Positions 1 through 15,000 of a stretch of 64,000 nt of DNA are shown piece by piece (position 1 is the stretch's first letter; each line of letters starts with the position of its first letter). Where the stretch lies: NCBI GenBank assembly GCA_032718475.1, contig JAUCBJ010007720.1, positions 65,514-129,513 of the forward strand, read 5' to 3'. Source of the DNA: Nemertoderma westbladi. Its lineage: Eukaryota > Animalia > Xenacoelomorpha. Under the pieces are notes generated by a model. That model saw nothing but the letters and a program-made list of their open reading frames with translations. It did not search any database and was not told the origin of the DNA. The translations under genes were made by a program, and so were the position numbers.

Positions 1-3000
1 GAGTAGGCCTATCTGTAAGTACAACATGTATCAATCCAGAGTAGGCCTATCTGTAAGTACAACATGTATCAATCCAGAGTAGGCCTATCTGTAAGTACAA
101 CATGTATCAATCCAGAGTAGACCTATCTGTAAGTACAACATGTATCAATCCAGAGTAGACCTATCTGTAAGTACAACATGTATCAATCCAGAGTAGGCCT
201 ACCTGTAAGTACAACATGTATCAATCCAGAGTAGGCCTACCTGTAAGTACAACATGTATCAATCCAGAGTAGGCCTATCTGTAAGTACAACATGTATCAA
301 TCCAGAGTAGACCTATCTGTAAGTACAACATGTATCAATCCAGAGTAGGCCTATCTGTAAGTACAACATGTATCAATCCAGAGTAGGCCTACCTGTAAGT
401 ACAACATGTATCAATCCAGAGTAGACCTATCTGTAAGTACAACATGTATCAATCCAGAGTAGGCCTACCTGTAAGTACAACATGTATCAATCCAGAGTAG
501 GCCTACCTGTAAGTACAACATGTATCAATCCAGAGTAGGCCTATCTGTAAGTACAACATGTATCAATCCAGAGTAGGCCTATCTGTAAGTACAACATGTA
601 TCAATCCAGAGTAGACCTATCTGTAAGTACAACATGTATCAATCCAGAGTAGGCCTATCTGTAAGTACAACATGTATCAATCCAGAGTAGGCCTATCTGT
701 AAGTACAACATGTATCAATCCAGAGTAGACCTATCTGTAAGTACAACATGTATCAATCCAGAGTAGGCCAACCTGTAAGTACAACATGTATCAATCCAGA
801 GTAGGCCTACCTGTAAGTACAACATGTATCAATCCAGAGTAGGCCTATCTGTAAGTACAACATGTATCAATCCAGAGTAGGCCTATCTGTAAGTACAACA
901 TGTATCAATCCAGAGTAGGCCTATCTGTAAGTACAACATGTATCAATCCAGAGTAGACCTATCTGTAAGTACAACATGTATCAATCCAGAGTAGGCCTAC
1001 CTGTAAGTACAACATGTATCAATCCAGAGTAGGCCTACCTGTAAGTACAACATGTATCAATCCAGAGTAGGCCTATCTGTAAGTACAACATGTATCAATC
1101 CAGAGTAGGCCTATCTGTAAGTACAACATGTATCAATCCAGAGTAGACCTATCTGTAAGTACAACATGTATCAATCCAGAGTAGGCCTATCTGTAAGTAC
1201 AACATGTATCAATCCAGAGTAGGCCTATCTGTAAGTACAACATGTATCAATCCAGAGTAGGCCTATCTGTACGTACAACATGTATCAATCCAGAGTAGGC
1301 CTATCTGTAAGTACAACATGTATCAATCCAGAGTAGGCCTATCTGTAAGTACAACATGTATCAATCCAGAGTAGGCCTATCTGTAAGTACAACATGTATC
1401 AATCCAGAGTAGGCCTATCTGTAAGTACAACATGTATCAATCCAGAGTAGGCCTATCTGTAAGTACAACATGTATCAATCCAGAGTAGACCTATCTGTAA
1501 GTACAACATGTATCAATCCAGAGTAGGCCTATCTGTAAGTACAACATGTATCAATCCAGAGTAGGCCTATCTGTAAGTACAACATGTATCAATCCAGAGT
1601 AGGCCTATCTGTAAGTACAACATGTATCAATCCAGAGTAGGCCTATCTGTAAGTACAACATGTATCAATCCAGAGTAGGCCTATCTGTAAGTACAACATG
1701 TATCAATCCAGAGTAGACCTATCTGTAAGTACAACATGTATCAATCCAGAGTAGGCCTATCTGTAAGTACAACATGTATCAATCCAGAGTAGGCCTATCT
1801 GTAAGTACAACATGTATCAATCCAGAGTAGGCCTACCTGTAAGTACAACATGTATCAATCCAGAGTAGGCCTACCTGTAAGTACAACATGTATCAATCCA
1901 GAGTAGGCCTATCTGTAAGTACAACATGTATCAATCCAGAGTAGGCCTATCTGTAAGTACAACATGTATCAATCCAGAGTAGGCCTATCTGTAAGTACAA
2001 CATGTATCAATCCAGAGTAGGCCTATCTGTAAGTACAACATGTATCAATCCAGAGTAGGCCTATCTGTAAGTACAACATGTATCAATCCAGAGTAGGCCT
2101 ACCTGTAAGTACAACATGTATCAATCCAGAGTAGACCTACCTGTAAGTACAACATGTATCAATCCAGAGTAGGCCTACCTGTAAGTACAACATGTATCAA
2201 TCCAGAGTAGACCTATCTGTAAGTACAACATGTATCAATCCAGAGTAGGCCTATCTGTAAGTACAACATGTATCAATCCAGAGTAGGCCTACCTGTAAGT
2301 ACAACATGTATCAATCCAGAGTAGACCTATCTGTAAGTACAACATGTATCAATCCAGAGTAGACCTACCTGTAAGTACAACATGTATCAATCCAGAGTAG
2401 ACCTACCTGTAAGTACAACATGTATCAATCCAGAGTAGGCCTATCTGTAAGTACAACATGTATCAATCCAGAGTAGGCCTATCTGTAAGTACAACATGTA
2501 TCAATCCAGAGTAGGCCTATCTGTAAGTACAACATGTATCAATCCAGAGTAGGCCTACCTGTAAGTACAACATGTATCAATCCAGAGTAGGCCTATCTGT
2601 AAGTACAACATGTATCAATCCAGAGTAGGCCTACCTGTAAGTACAACATGTATCAATACAGAGTAGGCCTATCTGTAAGTACAACATGTATCAATCCAGA
2701 GTAGGCCTACCTGTAAGTACAACATGTATCAATCCAGAGTAGGCCTACCTGTAAGTACAACATGTATCAATCCAGAGTAGGCCTATCTGTAAGTACAACA
2801 TGTATCAATACAGAGTAGGCCTACCTGTAAGTACAACATGTATCAATCCAGAGTAGGCCTATCTGTAAGTACAACATGTATCAATCCAGAGTAGGCCTAT
2901 CTGTAAGTACAACATGTATCAATCCAGAGTAGGCCTATCTGTAAGTACAACATGTATCAATCCAGAGTAGGCCTATCTGTAAGTACAACATGTATCAATC

Positions 3001-6000
3001 CAGAGTAGATCTACCTGTACGTACAACATGTATCAATCCAGAGTAGGTCTACCTGTAAGTACAACATGTATCAATCCAGAGTAGGCCTACCTGTAAGTAC
3101 AACATGTATCAATCCAGAGTAGGCCTATCTGTAAGTACAACATGTATCAATCCAGAGTAGGCCTACCTGTAAGTACAACATGTATCAATCCAGAGTAGGC
3201 CTACCTGTAAGTACAACATGTATCAATCCAGAGTAGGCCTATCTGTAAGTACAACATGTATCAATCCAGAGTAGGCCTACCTGTAAGTACAACATGTATC
3301 AATCCAGAGTAGGCCTATCTGTAAGTACAACATGTATCAATCCAGAGTAGGTCTACCTGTAAGTACAACATGTATCAATCCAGAGTAGGCCTATCTGTAA
3401 GTACAACATGTATCAATCCAGAGTAGACCTATCTGTAAGTACAACATGTATCAATCCAGAGTAGACCTACTCTGTAAGTACAACATGTATCAATCCAGAG
3501 TAGGCCTACCTGTAAGTACAACATGTATCAATCCAGAGTAGGCCTATCTGTAAGTACAACATGTATCAATCCAGAGTAGGCCTATCTGTAAGTACAACAT
3601 GTATCAATCCAGAGTAGGTCTACCTGTAAGTACAACATGTATCAATCCAGAGTAGGCCTATCTGTAAGTACAACATGTATCAATCCAGAGTAGGCCTACC
3701 TGTAAGTACAACATGTATCAATCCAGAGTAGACCTACTCTGTAAGTACAACATGTATCAATCCAGAGTAGGCCTACCTGTAAGTACAACATGTATCAATC
3801 CAGATTAGGCCTATCTGTAAGTATAACATGTATCAATCCAGAGTATATCTACCTGTAAGTACAACATGTATCAATCCAGAGTAGGCCTATCTGTAAGTAC
3901 AACATGTATCAATCCAGAGTAGACCTATCTGTAAGTACAACATGTATCAATCCAGAGTAGATCCTATCTGTAAGTACAACATGTATCAATCCAGAGTAGG
4001 CCTATCTGTAAGTACAACATGTATCAATCCAGAGTAGGTCTACCTGTAAGTACAACATGTATCAATCCAGAGTAGACCTATCTGTAAGTACAACATGTAT
4101 CAATCCAGAGTAGACCTATCTGTAAGTACAACATGTATCAATCCAGAGTAGACCTATCTGTAAGTACAACACATATCAATCCAGAGTAGGTCTATCTGTA
4201 AGTACAACATGTATCAATCCAGAGTAGGTCTATCTGTACGTACAACATGTATCAATCCAGAGTAGGTCTATCTGTACGTACAACACATATCAATCCAGAG
4301 TAGGTCTATCTGTACGTACAACACATATCAATCCAGAGTAGGTCTATCTGTACGTACAACATGTATCAATCCAGAGTAGGTCTATCTGTAAGTACAAAAT
4401 GTATCAATACAGAGTAGACCTATCTGTAAGTACAACATGTATCAATCCAGAGTAGGTCTATCTGTACGTACAACACATATCAATCCAGAGTAGGTCTATC
4501 TGTACGTACAACACATATCAATCCAGAGTAGGTCTATCTGTACGTACAACATGTATCAATCCAGAGTAGACCTATCTGTAAGTACAACATGTATCAATCC
4601 AGAGTAGGTCTATCTGTACGTACAACATGTATCAATCCAGAGTAGGTCTATCTGTAAGTACAACATGTATCAATACAGAGTAGACCTATCTGTAAGTACA
4701 ACATGTATCAATCCAGAGTAGGTCTATCTGTACGTACAACACATATCAATCCAGAGTAGGTCTATCTGTACGTACAACACATATCAATCCAGAGTAGGTC
4801 TATCTGTACGTACAACACATATCAATCCAGAGTAGGTCTATCTGTACGTACAACACATATCAATCCAGAGTAGGTCTATCTGTACGTACAACATGTATCA
4901 ATCCAGAGTAGGCCTATCTGTAAGTACAGCATGTATCAATACAGAGTAGGCCTATCTGTAAGTACAAAATGTATCAATACAGAGTAGACCTATCTGTAAG
5001 TACAACATGTATCAATCCAGAGTAGGTCTATCTGTACGTACAACACATATCATTCCAGAGTAGGTCTATCTGTACGTACAACACATATCAATCCAGAGTA
5101 GGTCTATCTGTACGTACAACATGTATCAATCCAGAGTAGGTCTATCTGTACGTACAACATGTATCAATCCAGAGTAGGTCTATCTGTAAGTACAACATGT
5201 ATCAATCCAGAGTAGGTCTATCTGTACGTACAACACATATCAATCCAGAGTAGGTCTATCTGTACGTACAACACATATCAATCCAGAGTAGGCCTATCTG
5301 TAAGTACAACATGTATCAATCCAAAGTAGACCTATCTGTACGTACAACACATATCAATCCAGAGTAGGCCTATCTGTAAGTACAACATGTATCAATCCAG
5401 AGTAGGTCTATCTGTACGTACAACATGTATCAATCCAGAGTAGGTCTATCTGTAAGTACAACATGTATCAATCCAAAGTAGACCTATCTGTACGTACAAC
5501 ACATATCAATCCAGAGTAGGCCTATCTGTAAGTACAACATGTATCAATCCAGAGTAGGTCTATCTGTACGTACAACATGTATCAATCCAGAGTAGGCCTA
5601 TCTGTAAGTACAACACATATCAATCCAGAGTAGGCCTATCTGTAAGTACAACATGTATCAATCCAGAGTAGGTCTATCTGTACGTACAACATGTATCAAT
5701 CCAGAGTAGGCCTATCTGTAAGTACAACATGTATCAATCCAAAGTAGACCTATCTGTACGTACAACACATATCAATCCAGAGTAGGTCTATCTGTACGTA
5801 CAACATGTATCAATCCAGAGTAGGCCTATCTGTAAGTACAGCATGTATCAATACAGAGTAGGCCTATCTGTAAGTACAAAATGTATCAATACAGAGTAGA
5901 CCTATCTGTAAGTACAACATGTATCAATCCAGAGTAGGTCTATCTGTACGTACAACACATATCATTCCAGAGTAGGTCTATCTGTACGTACAACACATAT

Positions 6001-9000
6001 CAATCCAGAGTAGGTCTATCTGTACGTACAACATGTATCAATCCAGAGTAGGTCTATCTGTACGTACAACATGTATCAATCCAGAGTAGGTCTATCTGTA
6101 AGTACAACATGTATCAATCCAGAGTAGGTCTATCTGTACGTACAACACATATCAATCCAGAGTAGGTCTATCTGTACGTACAACACATATCAATCCAGAG
6201 TAGGCCTATCTGTAAGTACAACATGTATCAATCCAAAGTAGACCTATCTGTACGTACAACACATATCAATCCAGAGTAGGCCTATCTGTAAGTACAACAT
6301 GTATCAATCCAGAGTAGGTCTATCTGTACGTACAACATGTATCAATCCAGAGTAGGTCTATCTGTAAGTACAACATGTATCAATCCAAAGTAGACCTATC
6401 TGTACGTACAACACATATCAATCCAGAGTAGGCCTATCTGTAAGTACAACATGTATCAATCCAGAGTAGGTCTATCTGTACGTACAACATGTATCAATCC
6501 AGAGTAGGCCTATCTGTAAGTACAACATGTATCAATCCAAAGTAGACCTATCTGTACGTACAACACATATCAATCCAGAGTAGGCCTATCTGTAAGTACA
6601 ACATGTATCAATCCAGAGTAGGTCTATCTGTACGTACAACATGTATCAATCCAGAGTAGGCCTATCTGTACGTACAACACATATCAATCCAGAGTAGGTC
6701 TATCTGTACGTACAACACATATCAATCCAGAGTAGGTCTATCTGTACGTACAACATGTATCAATCCAGAGTAGGTCTATCTGTACGTACAACACATATCA
6801 ATCCAGAGTAGGTCTATCTGTAAGTACAACATGTATCAATCCAGAGTAGGCCTACCTGTAAGTACAACATGTATCAATCCAGAGTAGGCCTATCTGTAAG
6901 TACTACATGTATCAATCCAGAGTAGACCTATCTGTAAGTACAACATGTATCAATCCAGAGTAGACCTATCTGTAAGTACAACATGTATCAATCCAGAGTA
7001 TATCTACCTGTAACTACAACATGTATCAATCCAGAGTAGGCCTATCTGTAAGTACAAAATGTATCAATACAGAGTAGACCTATCTGTAAGTACAACATGT
7101 ATCAATCCAGAGTAGGTCTATCTGTACGTACAACACATATCAATCCAGAGTAGGTCTATCTGTACGTACAACACATATCAATCCAGAGTAGGTCTATCTG
7201 TACGTACAACATGTATCAATCCAGAGTAGGTCTATCTGTACGTACAACATGTATCAATCCAGAGTAGGTCTATCTGTAAGTACAACATGTATCAATCCAG
7301 AGTAGGCCTACCTGTAAGTACAACATGTATCAATCCAGAGTAGGCCTATCTGTAAGTACTACATGTATCAATCCAGAGTAGACCTATCTGTAAGTACAAC
7401 ATGTATCAATCCAGAGTAGACCTATCTGTAAGTACAACATGTATCAATCCAGAGTAGGTCTATCTGTACGTACAACATGTATCAATCCAGAGTAGGTCTA
7501 TCTGTACGTACAACATGTATCAATCCAGAGTAGGTCTATCTGTAAGTACAACATGTATCAATCCAGAGTAGGCCTACCTGTAAGTACAACATGTATCAAT
7601 CCAGAGTAGGCCTATCTGTAAGTACTACATGTATCAATCCAGAGTAGGTCTATCTGTAAGTACAACATGTATCAATCCAGAGTAGGCCTACCTGTAAGTA
7701 CAACATGTATCAATCCAGAGTAGGCCTATCTGTAAGTACTACATGTATCAATCCAGAGTAGGCCTATCTGTAAGTACAACATGTATCAATCCAGAGTAGA
7801 CCTATCTGTAAGTACAACATGTATCAATCCAGAGTAGGTCTATCTGTACGTACAACACATATCAATCCAGAGTAGGTCTATCTGTACGTACAACACATAT
7901 CAATCCAGAGTAGGTCTATCTGTACGTACAACATGTATCAATCCAGAGTAGGTCTATCTGTACGTACAACATGTATCAATCCAGAGTAGGTCTATCTGTA
8001 AGTACAACATGTATCAATCCAGAGTAGGTCTATCTGTACGTACAACACATATCAATCCAGAGTAGGTCTATCTGTACGTACAACACATATCAATCCAGAG
8101 TAGGCCTATCTGTAAGTACAACATGTATCAATCCAAAGTAGACCTATCTGTACGTACAACACATATCAATCCAGAGTAGGCCTATCTGTAAGTACAACAT
8201 GTATCAATCCAGAGTAGGTCTATCTGTACGTACAACACATATCAATCCAGAGTAGGTCTATCTGTACGTACAACACATATCAATCCAGAGTAGGTCTATC
8301 TGTACGTACAACACATATCAATCCAGAGTAGGTCTATCTGTACGTACAACATGTATCAATCCAGAGTAGGTCTATCTGTACGTACAACACATATCAATCC
8401 AGAGTAGGTCTATCTGTAAGTACAACATGTATCAATCCAGAGTAGGCCTACCTGTAAGTACAACATGTATCAATCCAGAGTAGGCCTATCTGTAAGTACT
8501 ACATGTATCAATCCAGAGTAGACCTATCTGTAAGTACAACATGTATCAATCCAGAGTAGACCTATCTGTAAGTACAACATGTATCAATCCAGAGTATATC
8601 TACCTGTAACTACAACATGTATCAATCCAGAGTAGGCCTATCTGTAAGTACAAAATGTATCAATACAGAGTAGACCTATCTGTAAGTACAACATGTATCA
8701 ATCCAGAGTAGGCCTATCTGTAAGTACTACATGTATCAATCCAGAGTAGACCTATCTGTAAGTACAACATGTATCAATCCAGAGTAGACCTATCTGTAAG
8801 TACAACATGTATCAATCCAGAGTATATCTACCTGTAACTACAACATGTATCAATCCAGAGTAGGCCTATCTGTAAGTACAAAATGTATCAATACAGAGTA
8901 GACCTATCTGTAAGTACAACATGTATCAATCCAGAGTAGGCCTATCTGTAAGTACTACATGTATCAATCCAGAGTAGACCTATCTGTAAGTACAACATGT

Positions 9001-12000
9001 ATCAATCCAGAGTAGACCTATCTGTAAGTACAACATGTATCAATCCAGAGTATATCTACCTGTAACTACAACATGTATCAATCCAGAGTAGACCTATCTG
9101 TAAGTACAAAATGTATCAATACAGAGTAGACCTATCTGTAAGTACAACATGTATCAATCCAGAGTAGGCCTATCTGTAAGTATAACATGTATCAATCCAG
9201 AGTAGACCTATCTGTAAGTACAACATGTATCAATCCAGAGTAGGCCTATCTGTAAGTACAGCATGTATCAATACAGAGTAGACCTATCTGTAAGTACAAA
9301 ATGTATCAATACAGAGTAGACCTATCTGTAAGTACAACATGTATCAATCCAGAGTAGGCCTATCTGTAAGTATAACATGTATCAATCCAGAGTAGACCTA
9401 TCTGTAAGTACAACATGTATCAATCCAGAGTAGGCCTATCTGTAAGTATAACATGTATCAATCCAGAGTAGACCTATCTGTAAGTACAACATGTATCAAT
9501 CCAGAGTATATCTACCTGTAACTACAACATGTATCAATCCAGAGTAGACCTATCTGTAAGTACAAAATGTATCAATACAGAGTAGACCTATCTGTAAGTA
9601 CAACATGTATCAATCCAGAGTAGGCCTATCTGTAAGTATAACATGTATCAATCCAGAGTAGACCTATCTGTAAGTACAACATGTATCAATCCAGAGTAGA
9701 CCTATCTGTAAGTACAACATGTATCAATCCAGAGTATATCTACCTGTAACTACAACATGTATCAATCCAGAGTAGACCTATCTGTAAGTACAAAATGTAT
9801 CAATACAGAGTAGACCTATCTGTAAGTACAACATGTATCAATCCAGAGTAGGCCTATCTGTAAGTACAAAATGTATCAATACAGAGTAGACCTATCTGTA
9901 AGTACAACATGTATCAATCCAGAGTAGGCCTATCTGTAAGTACAACATGTATCAATCCAGAGTAGACCTATCTGTAAGTACAACATGTATCAATCCAGAG
10001 TAGGTCTATCTGTACGTACAACATGTATCAATCCAGAGTAGGCCTATCTGTAAGTACAAAATGTATCAATACAGAGTAGACCTATCTGTAAGTACAACAT
10101 GTATCAATCCAGAGTAGGCCTATCTGTAAGTACAACATGTATCAATCCAGAGTATATCTACCTGTAACTACAACATGTATCAATCCAGAGTAGGCCTACC
10201 TGCAAGTACAACATGTATCAATCCAGAGTATATCTACCTGTAAGTATAACATGTATCAATCCAGAGTAGACCTATCTGTAAGTACAACATGTATCAATCC
10301 AGAGTAGACCTATCTGTAAGTACAACATGTATCAATCCAGAGTATATCTACCTGTAACTACAACATGTATCAATCCAGAGTAGGCCTACCTGCAAGTACA
10401 ACATGTATCAATCCAGAGTATATCTACCTGTAAGTATAACATGTATCAATCCAGAGTAGACCTATCTGTAAGTACAACATGTATCAATCCAGAGTAGACC
10501 TATCTGTAAGTACAACATGTATCAATCCAGAGTATATCTACCTGTAACTACAACATGTATCAATCCAGAGTAGGCCTATCTGTAAGTACAAAATGTATCA
10601 ATACAGAGTAGACCTATCTGTAAGTACAACATGTATCAATCCAGAGTAGGCCTATCTGTAAGTACAACATGTATCAATCCAGAGTAGGCCTATCTGTACG
10701 TACAACATGTATCAATACAGAGTAGGCCTATCTGTAAGTACAACATGTATCAATCCAGAGTATATCTACCTGTAACTACAACATGTATCAATCCAGAGTA
10801 GGTCTATCTGTAAGTACAACATGTATCAATCCAGAGTAGGCCTACCTGTAAGTACAACATGTATCAATCCAGAGTAGACCGACCTGTAAGTACAACATGT
10901 ATCAATCCAGAGTAGGCCTATCTGTAAGTATAACATGTATCAATCCAGAGTATATCTACCTGTAACTACAACATGTATCAATCCAGAGTAGGTCTATCTG
11001 TAAGTACAACATGTATCAATCCAGAGTAGGCCTACCTGTAAGTACAACATGTATCAATCCAGAGTAGACCGACCTGTAAGTACAACATGTATCAATCCAG
11101 AGTAGGCCTATCTGTAAGTATAACATGTATCAATCCAGAGTATATCTACCTGTAACTACAACATGTATCAATCCAGAGTAGGCCTATCTGTAAGTACAAC
11201 ACATATCAATCCAGAGTAGGCCTACCTGTAAGTACAACATGTATCAATCCAGAGTAGGCCTATCTGTAAGTATAACATGTATCAATCCAGAGTATATCTA
11301 CCTGTAACTACAACATGTATCAATCCAGAGTAGGCCTATCTGTAAGTACAACACATATCAATCCAGAGTAGGCCTACCTGTAAGTACAACATGTATCAAT
11401 CCAGAGTAGGCCTATCTGTAAGTACAACACATATCAATCCAGAGTAGGCCTACCTGTAAGTACAACATGTATCAATCCAGAGTAGACCGACCTGTAAGTA
11501 CAACATGTATCAATCCAGAGTAGGCCTATCTGTAAGTACAACATGTATCAATCCAGAGTATATCTACCTGTAACTACAACATGTATCAATCCAGAGTAGG
11601 CCTATCTGTAAGTACAACATGTATCAATCCAGAGTAGGTCTATCTGTAAGTAAAGCATGTATCAATCCAGAGTAGGCCTATCTGTACGTACAACATGTAT
11701 CAATCCAGAGTAGGCCTACCTGTAAGTACAACATGTATCAATCCAGAGTAGGTCTACCTGTAAGTACAACATGTATCAATCCAGAGTAGGCCTATCTGTA
11801 AGTATAACATGTATCAATCCAGAGTAGACCTACCTGTAAGTAATACATGTATCAATCCAGAGTAGGCCTCTCTGTAAGTAAAGCATGTATCAATCCAGAG
11901 TAGGTCTATCTGTAAGTACAACATGTATCAATCCAGAGTAGACCTATCTGTAAGTACAACATGTATCAATCCAGAGTAGACCTATCTGTAAGTACAACAC

Positions 12001-15000
12001 ATATCAATCCAGAGTAGGTCTATCTGTAAGTATAACATGTATCAATCCAGAGTATATCTACCTGTAACTACAACATGTATCAATCCAGAGTAGGCCTATC
12101 TGTACGTACAACATGTATCAATCCAGAGTAGGCCTACCTGTAAGTACAACATGTATCAATCCAGAGTAGGTCTATCTGTAAGTACAACATGTATCAATCC
12201 AGAGTAGGCCTATCTGTAAGTATAACATGTATCAATCCAGAGTATATCTACCTGTAACTACAACATGTATCAATCCAGAGTAGGCCTATCTGTAAGTACA
12301 ACATGTATCAATCCAGAGTAGGTCTATCTGTACGTACAACATGTATCAATCCAGAGTAGGTCTACCTGTAAGTACAACATGTATCAATCCAGAGTAGGTC
12401 TATCTGTACGTACAACATGTATCAATCCAGAGTAGGTCTACCTGTAAGTACAACATGTATCAATCCAGAGTAGGTCTATCTGTACGTACAACATGTATCA
12501 ATCCAGAGTAGGTCTACCTGTAAGTACAACATGTATCAATCCAGAGTAGGTCTATCTGTACGTACAACATGTATCAATCCAGAGTAGACCTATCTGTAAG
12601 TACAACATGTATCAATCCAGAGTAGGTCTATCTGTACGTACAACATGTATCAATCCAGAGTAGGTCTATCTGTACGTACAACATGTATCAATCCAGAGTA
12701 GGTCTACCTGTAAGTACAACATGTATCAATCCAGAGTAGGTCTATCTGTACGTACAACATGTATCAATCCAGAGTAGACCTATCTGTAAGTACAACATGT
12801 ATCAATCCAGAGTAGGCCTATCTGTAAGTACAACATGTATCAATCCAGAGTAGGCCTATCTGTAAGTACAACATGTATCAATCCAGAGTAGGCCTATCTG
12901 TACGTACAACATGTATCAATCCAGAGTAGGCCTATCTGTACGTACAACATGTATCAATACAGAGTAGGCCTATCTGTAAGTACAACATGTATCAATCCAG
13001 AGTAGGCCTATCTGTAAGTACAACATGTATCAATCCAGAGTAGGTCTATCTGTACGTACAACATGTATCAATCCAGAGTAGGTCTACCTGTAAGTACAAC
13101 ATGTATCAATCCAGAGTAGGTCTATCTGTACGTACAACATGTATCAATCCAGAGTAGGTCTACCTGTAAGTACAACATGTATCAATCCAGAGTAGGTCTA
13201 TCTGTACGTACAACATGTATCAATCCAGAGTAGGTCTACCTGTAAGTACAACATGTATCAATCCAGAGTAGGTCTATCTGTACGTACAACATGTATCAAT
13301 CCAGAGTAGGTCTACCTGTAAGTACAACATGTATCAATCCAGAGTAGGTCTATCTGTACGTACAACATGTATCAATCCAGAGTAGACCTATCTGTAAGTA
13401 CAACATGTATCAATCCAGAGTAGGTCTATCTGTACGTACAACATGTATCAATCCAGAGTAGGTCTATCTGTACGTACAACATGTATCAATCCAGAGTAGG
13501 TCTACCTGTAAGTACAACATGTATCAATCCAGAGTAGGTCTATCTGTACGTACAACATGTATCAATCCAGAGTAGACCTATCTGTAAGTACAACATGTAT
13601 CAATCCAGAGTAGGCCTATCTGTAAGTACAACATGTATCAATCCAGAGTAGGCCTATCTGTAAGTACAACATGTATCAATCCAGAGTAGGCCTATCTGTA
13701 CGTACAACATGTATCAATCCAGAGTAGGCCTATCTGTACGTACAACATGTATCAATCCAGAGTAGGCCTATCTGTAAGTACAACATGTATCAATCCAGAG
13801 TAGGCCTATCTGTAAGTACAACATGTATCAATCCAGAGTAGGCCTATCTGTAAGTACAACATGTATCAATCCAGAGTAGGCCTATCTGTACGTACAACAT
13901 GTATCAATCCAGAGTAGGCCTATCTGTACGTACAACATGTATCAATCCAGAGTATATCTACCTGTAACTACAACATGTATCAATCCAGAGTAGGTCTATC
14001 TGTACGTACAACATGTATCAATCCAGAGTAGGTCTATCTGTAAGTATAACATGTATCAATCCAGAGTATATCTACCTGTAACTACAACATGTATCAATCC
14101 AGAGTAGGTCTATCTGTACGTACAACATGTATCAATCCAGAGTAGGTCTATCTGTAAGTATAACATGTATCAATCCAGAGTATATCTACCTGTAACTACA
14201 ACATGTATCAATCCAGAGTAGGTCTATCTGTACGTACAACATGTATCAATCCAGAGTAGGTCTATCTGTAAGTATAACATGTATCAATCCAGAGTATATC
14301 TACCTGTAACTACAACATGTATCAATCCAGAGTAGGTCTATCTGTAAGTACAACATGTATCAATCCAGAGTAGACCTATCTGTAAGTACAACATGTATCA
14401 ATCCAGAGTAGGTCTATCTGTACGTACAACACATATCAATCCAGAGTAGACCTATCTGTAAGTACAACATGTATCAATCCAGAGTAGGCCTATCTGTAAG
14501 TACAACATGTATCAATCCAGAGTAGGTCTATCTGTAAGTACAACATGTATCAATCCAGAGTAGGCCTATCTGTAAGTACAACATGTATCAATCCAGAGTA
14601 GGTCTATCTGTAAGTACAACATGTATCAATCCAGAGTAGGCCTATTTGTAAGTACAACACATATCAATCCAGAGTAGGCCTATCTGTAAGTACAACATGT
14701 ATCAATCCAGAGTAGGCCTACCTGTAAGTACAACATGTATCAATCCAGAGTAGACCTATCTGTAAGTACAACATGTATCAATCCAGAGTAGGCCTACCTG
14801 TAAGTACAACATGTATCAATCCAGAGTAGACCTACCTGTACGTACAACATGTATCAATCCAGAGTAGGCCTATCTGTAAGTACAACATGTATCAATCCAG
14901 AGTAGGCCTATCTGTAAGTACAACATGTATCAATCCAGAGTAGGCCTACCTGTAAGTACAACATGTATCAATCCAGAGTAGACCGACCTGTAAGTACAAC

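Noticed and set aside
3465-3965. 39-bp monomers (CCTACTCTG, GATCCTA)
   Set aside because: These single-base insertions at polymorphic sites look like consensus artefacts between two variants.
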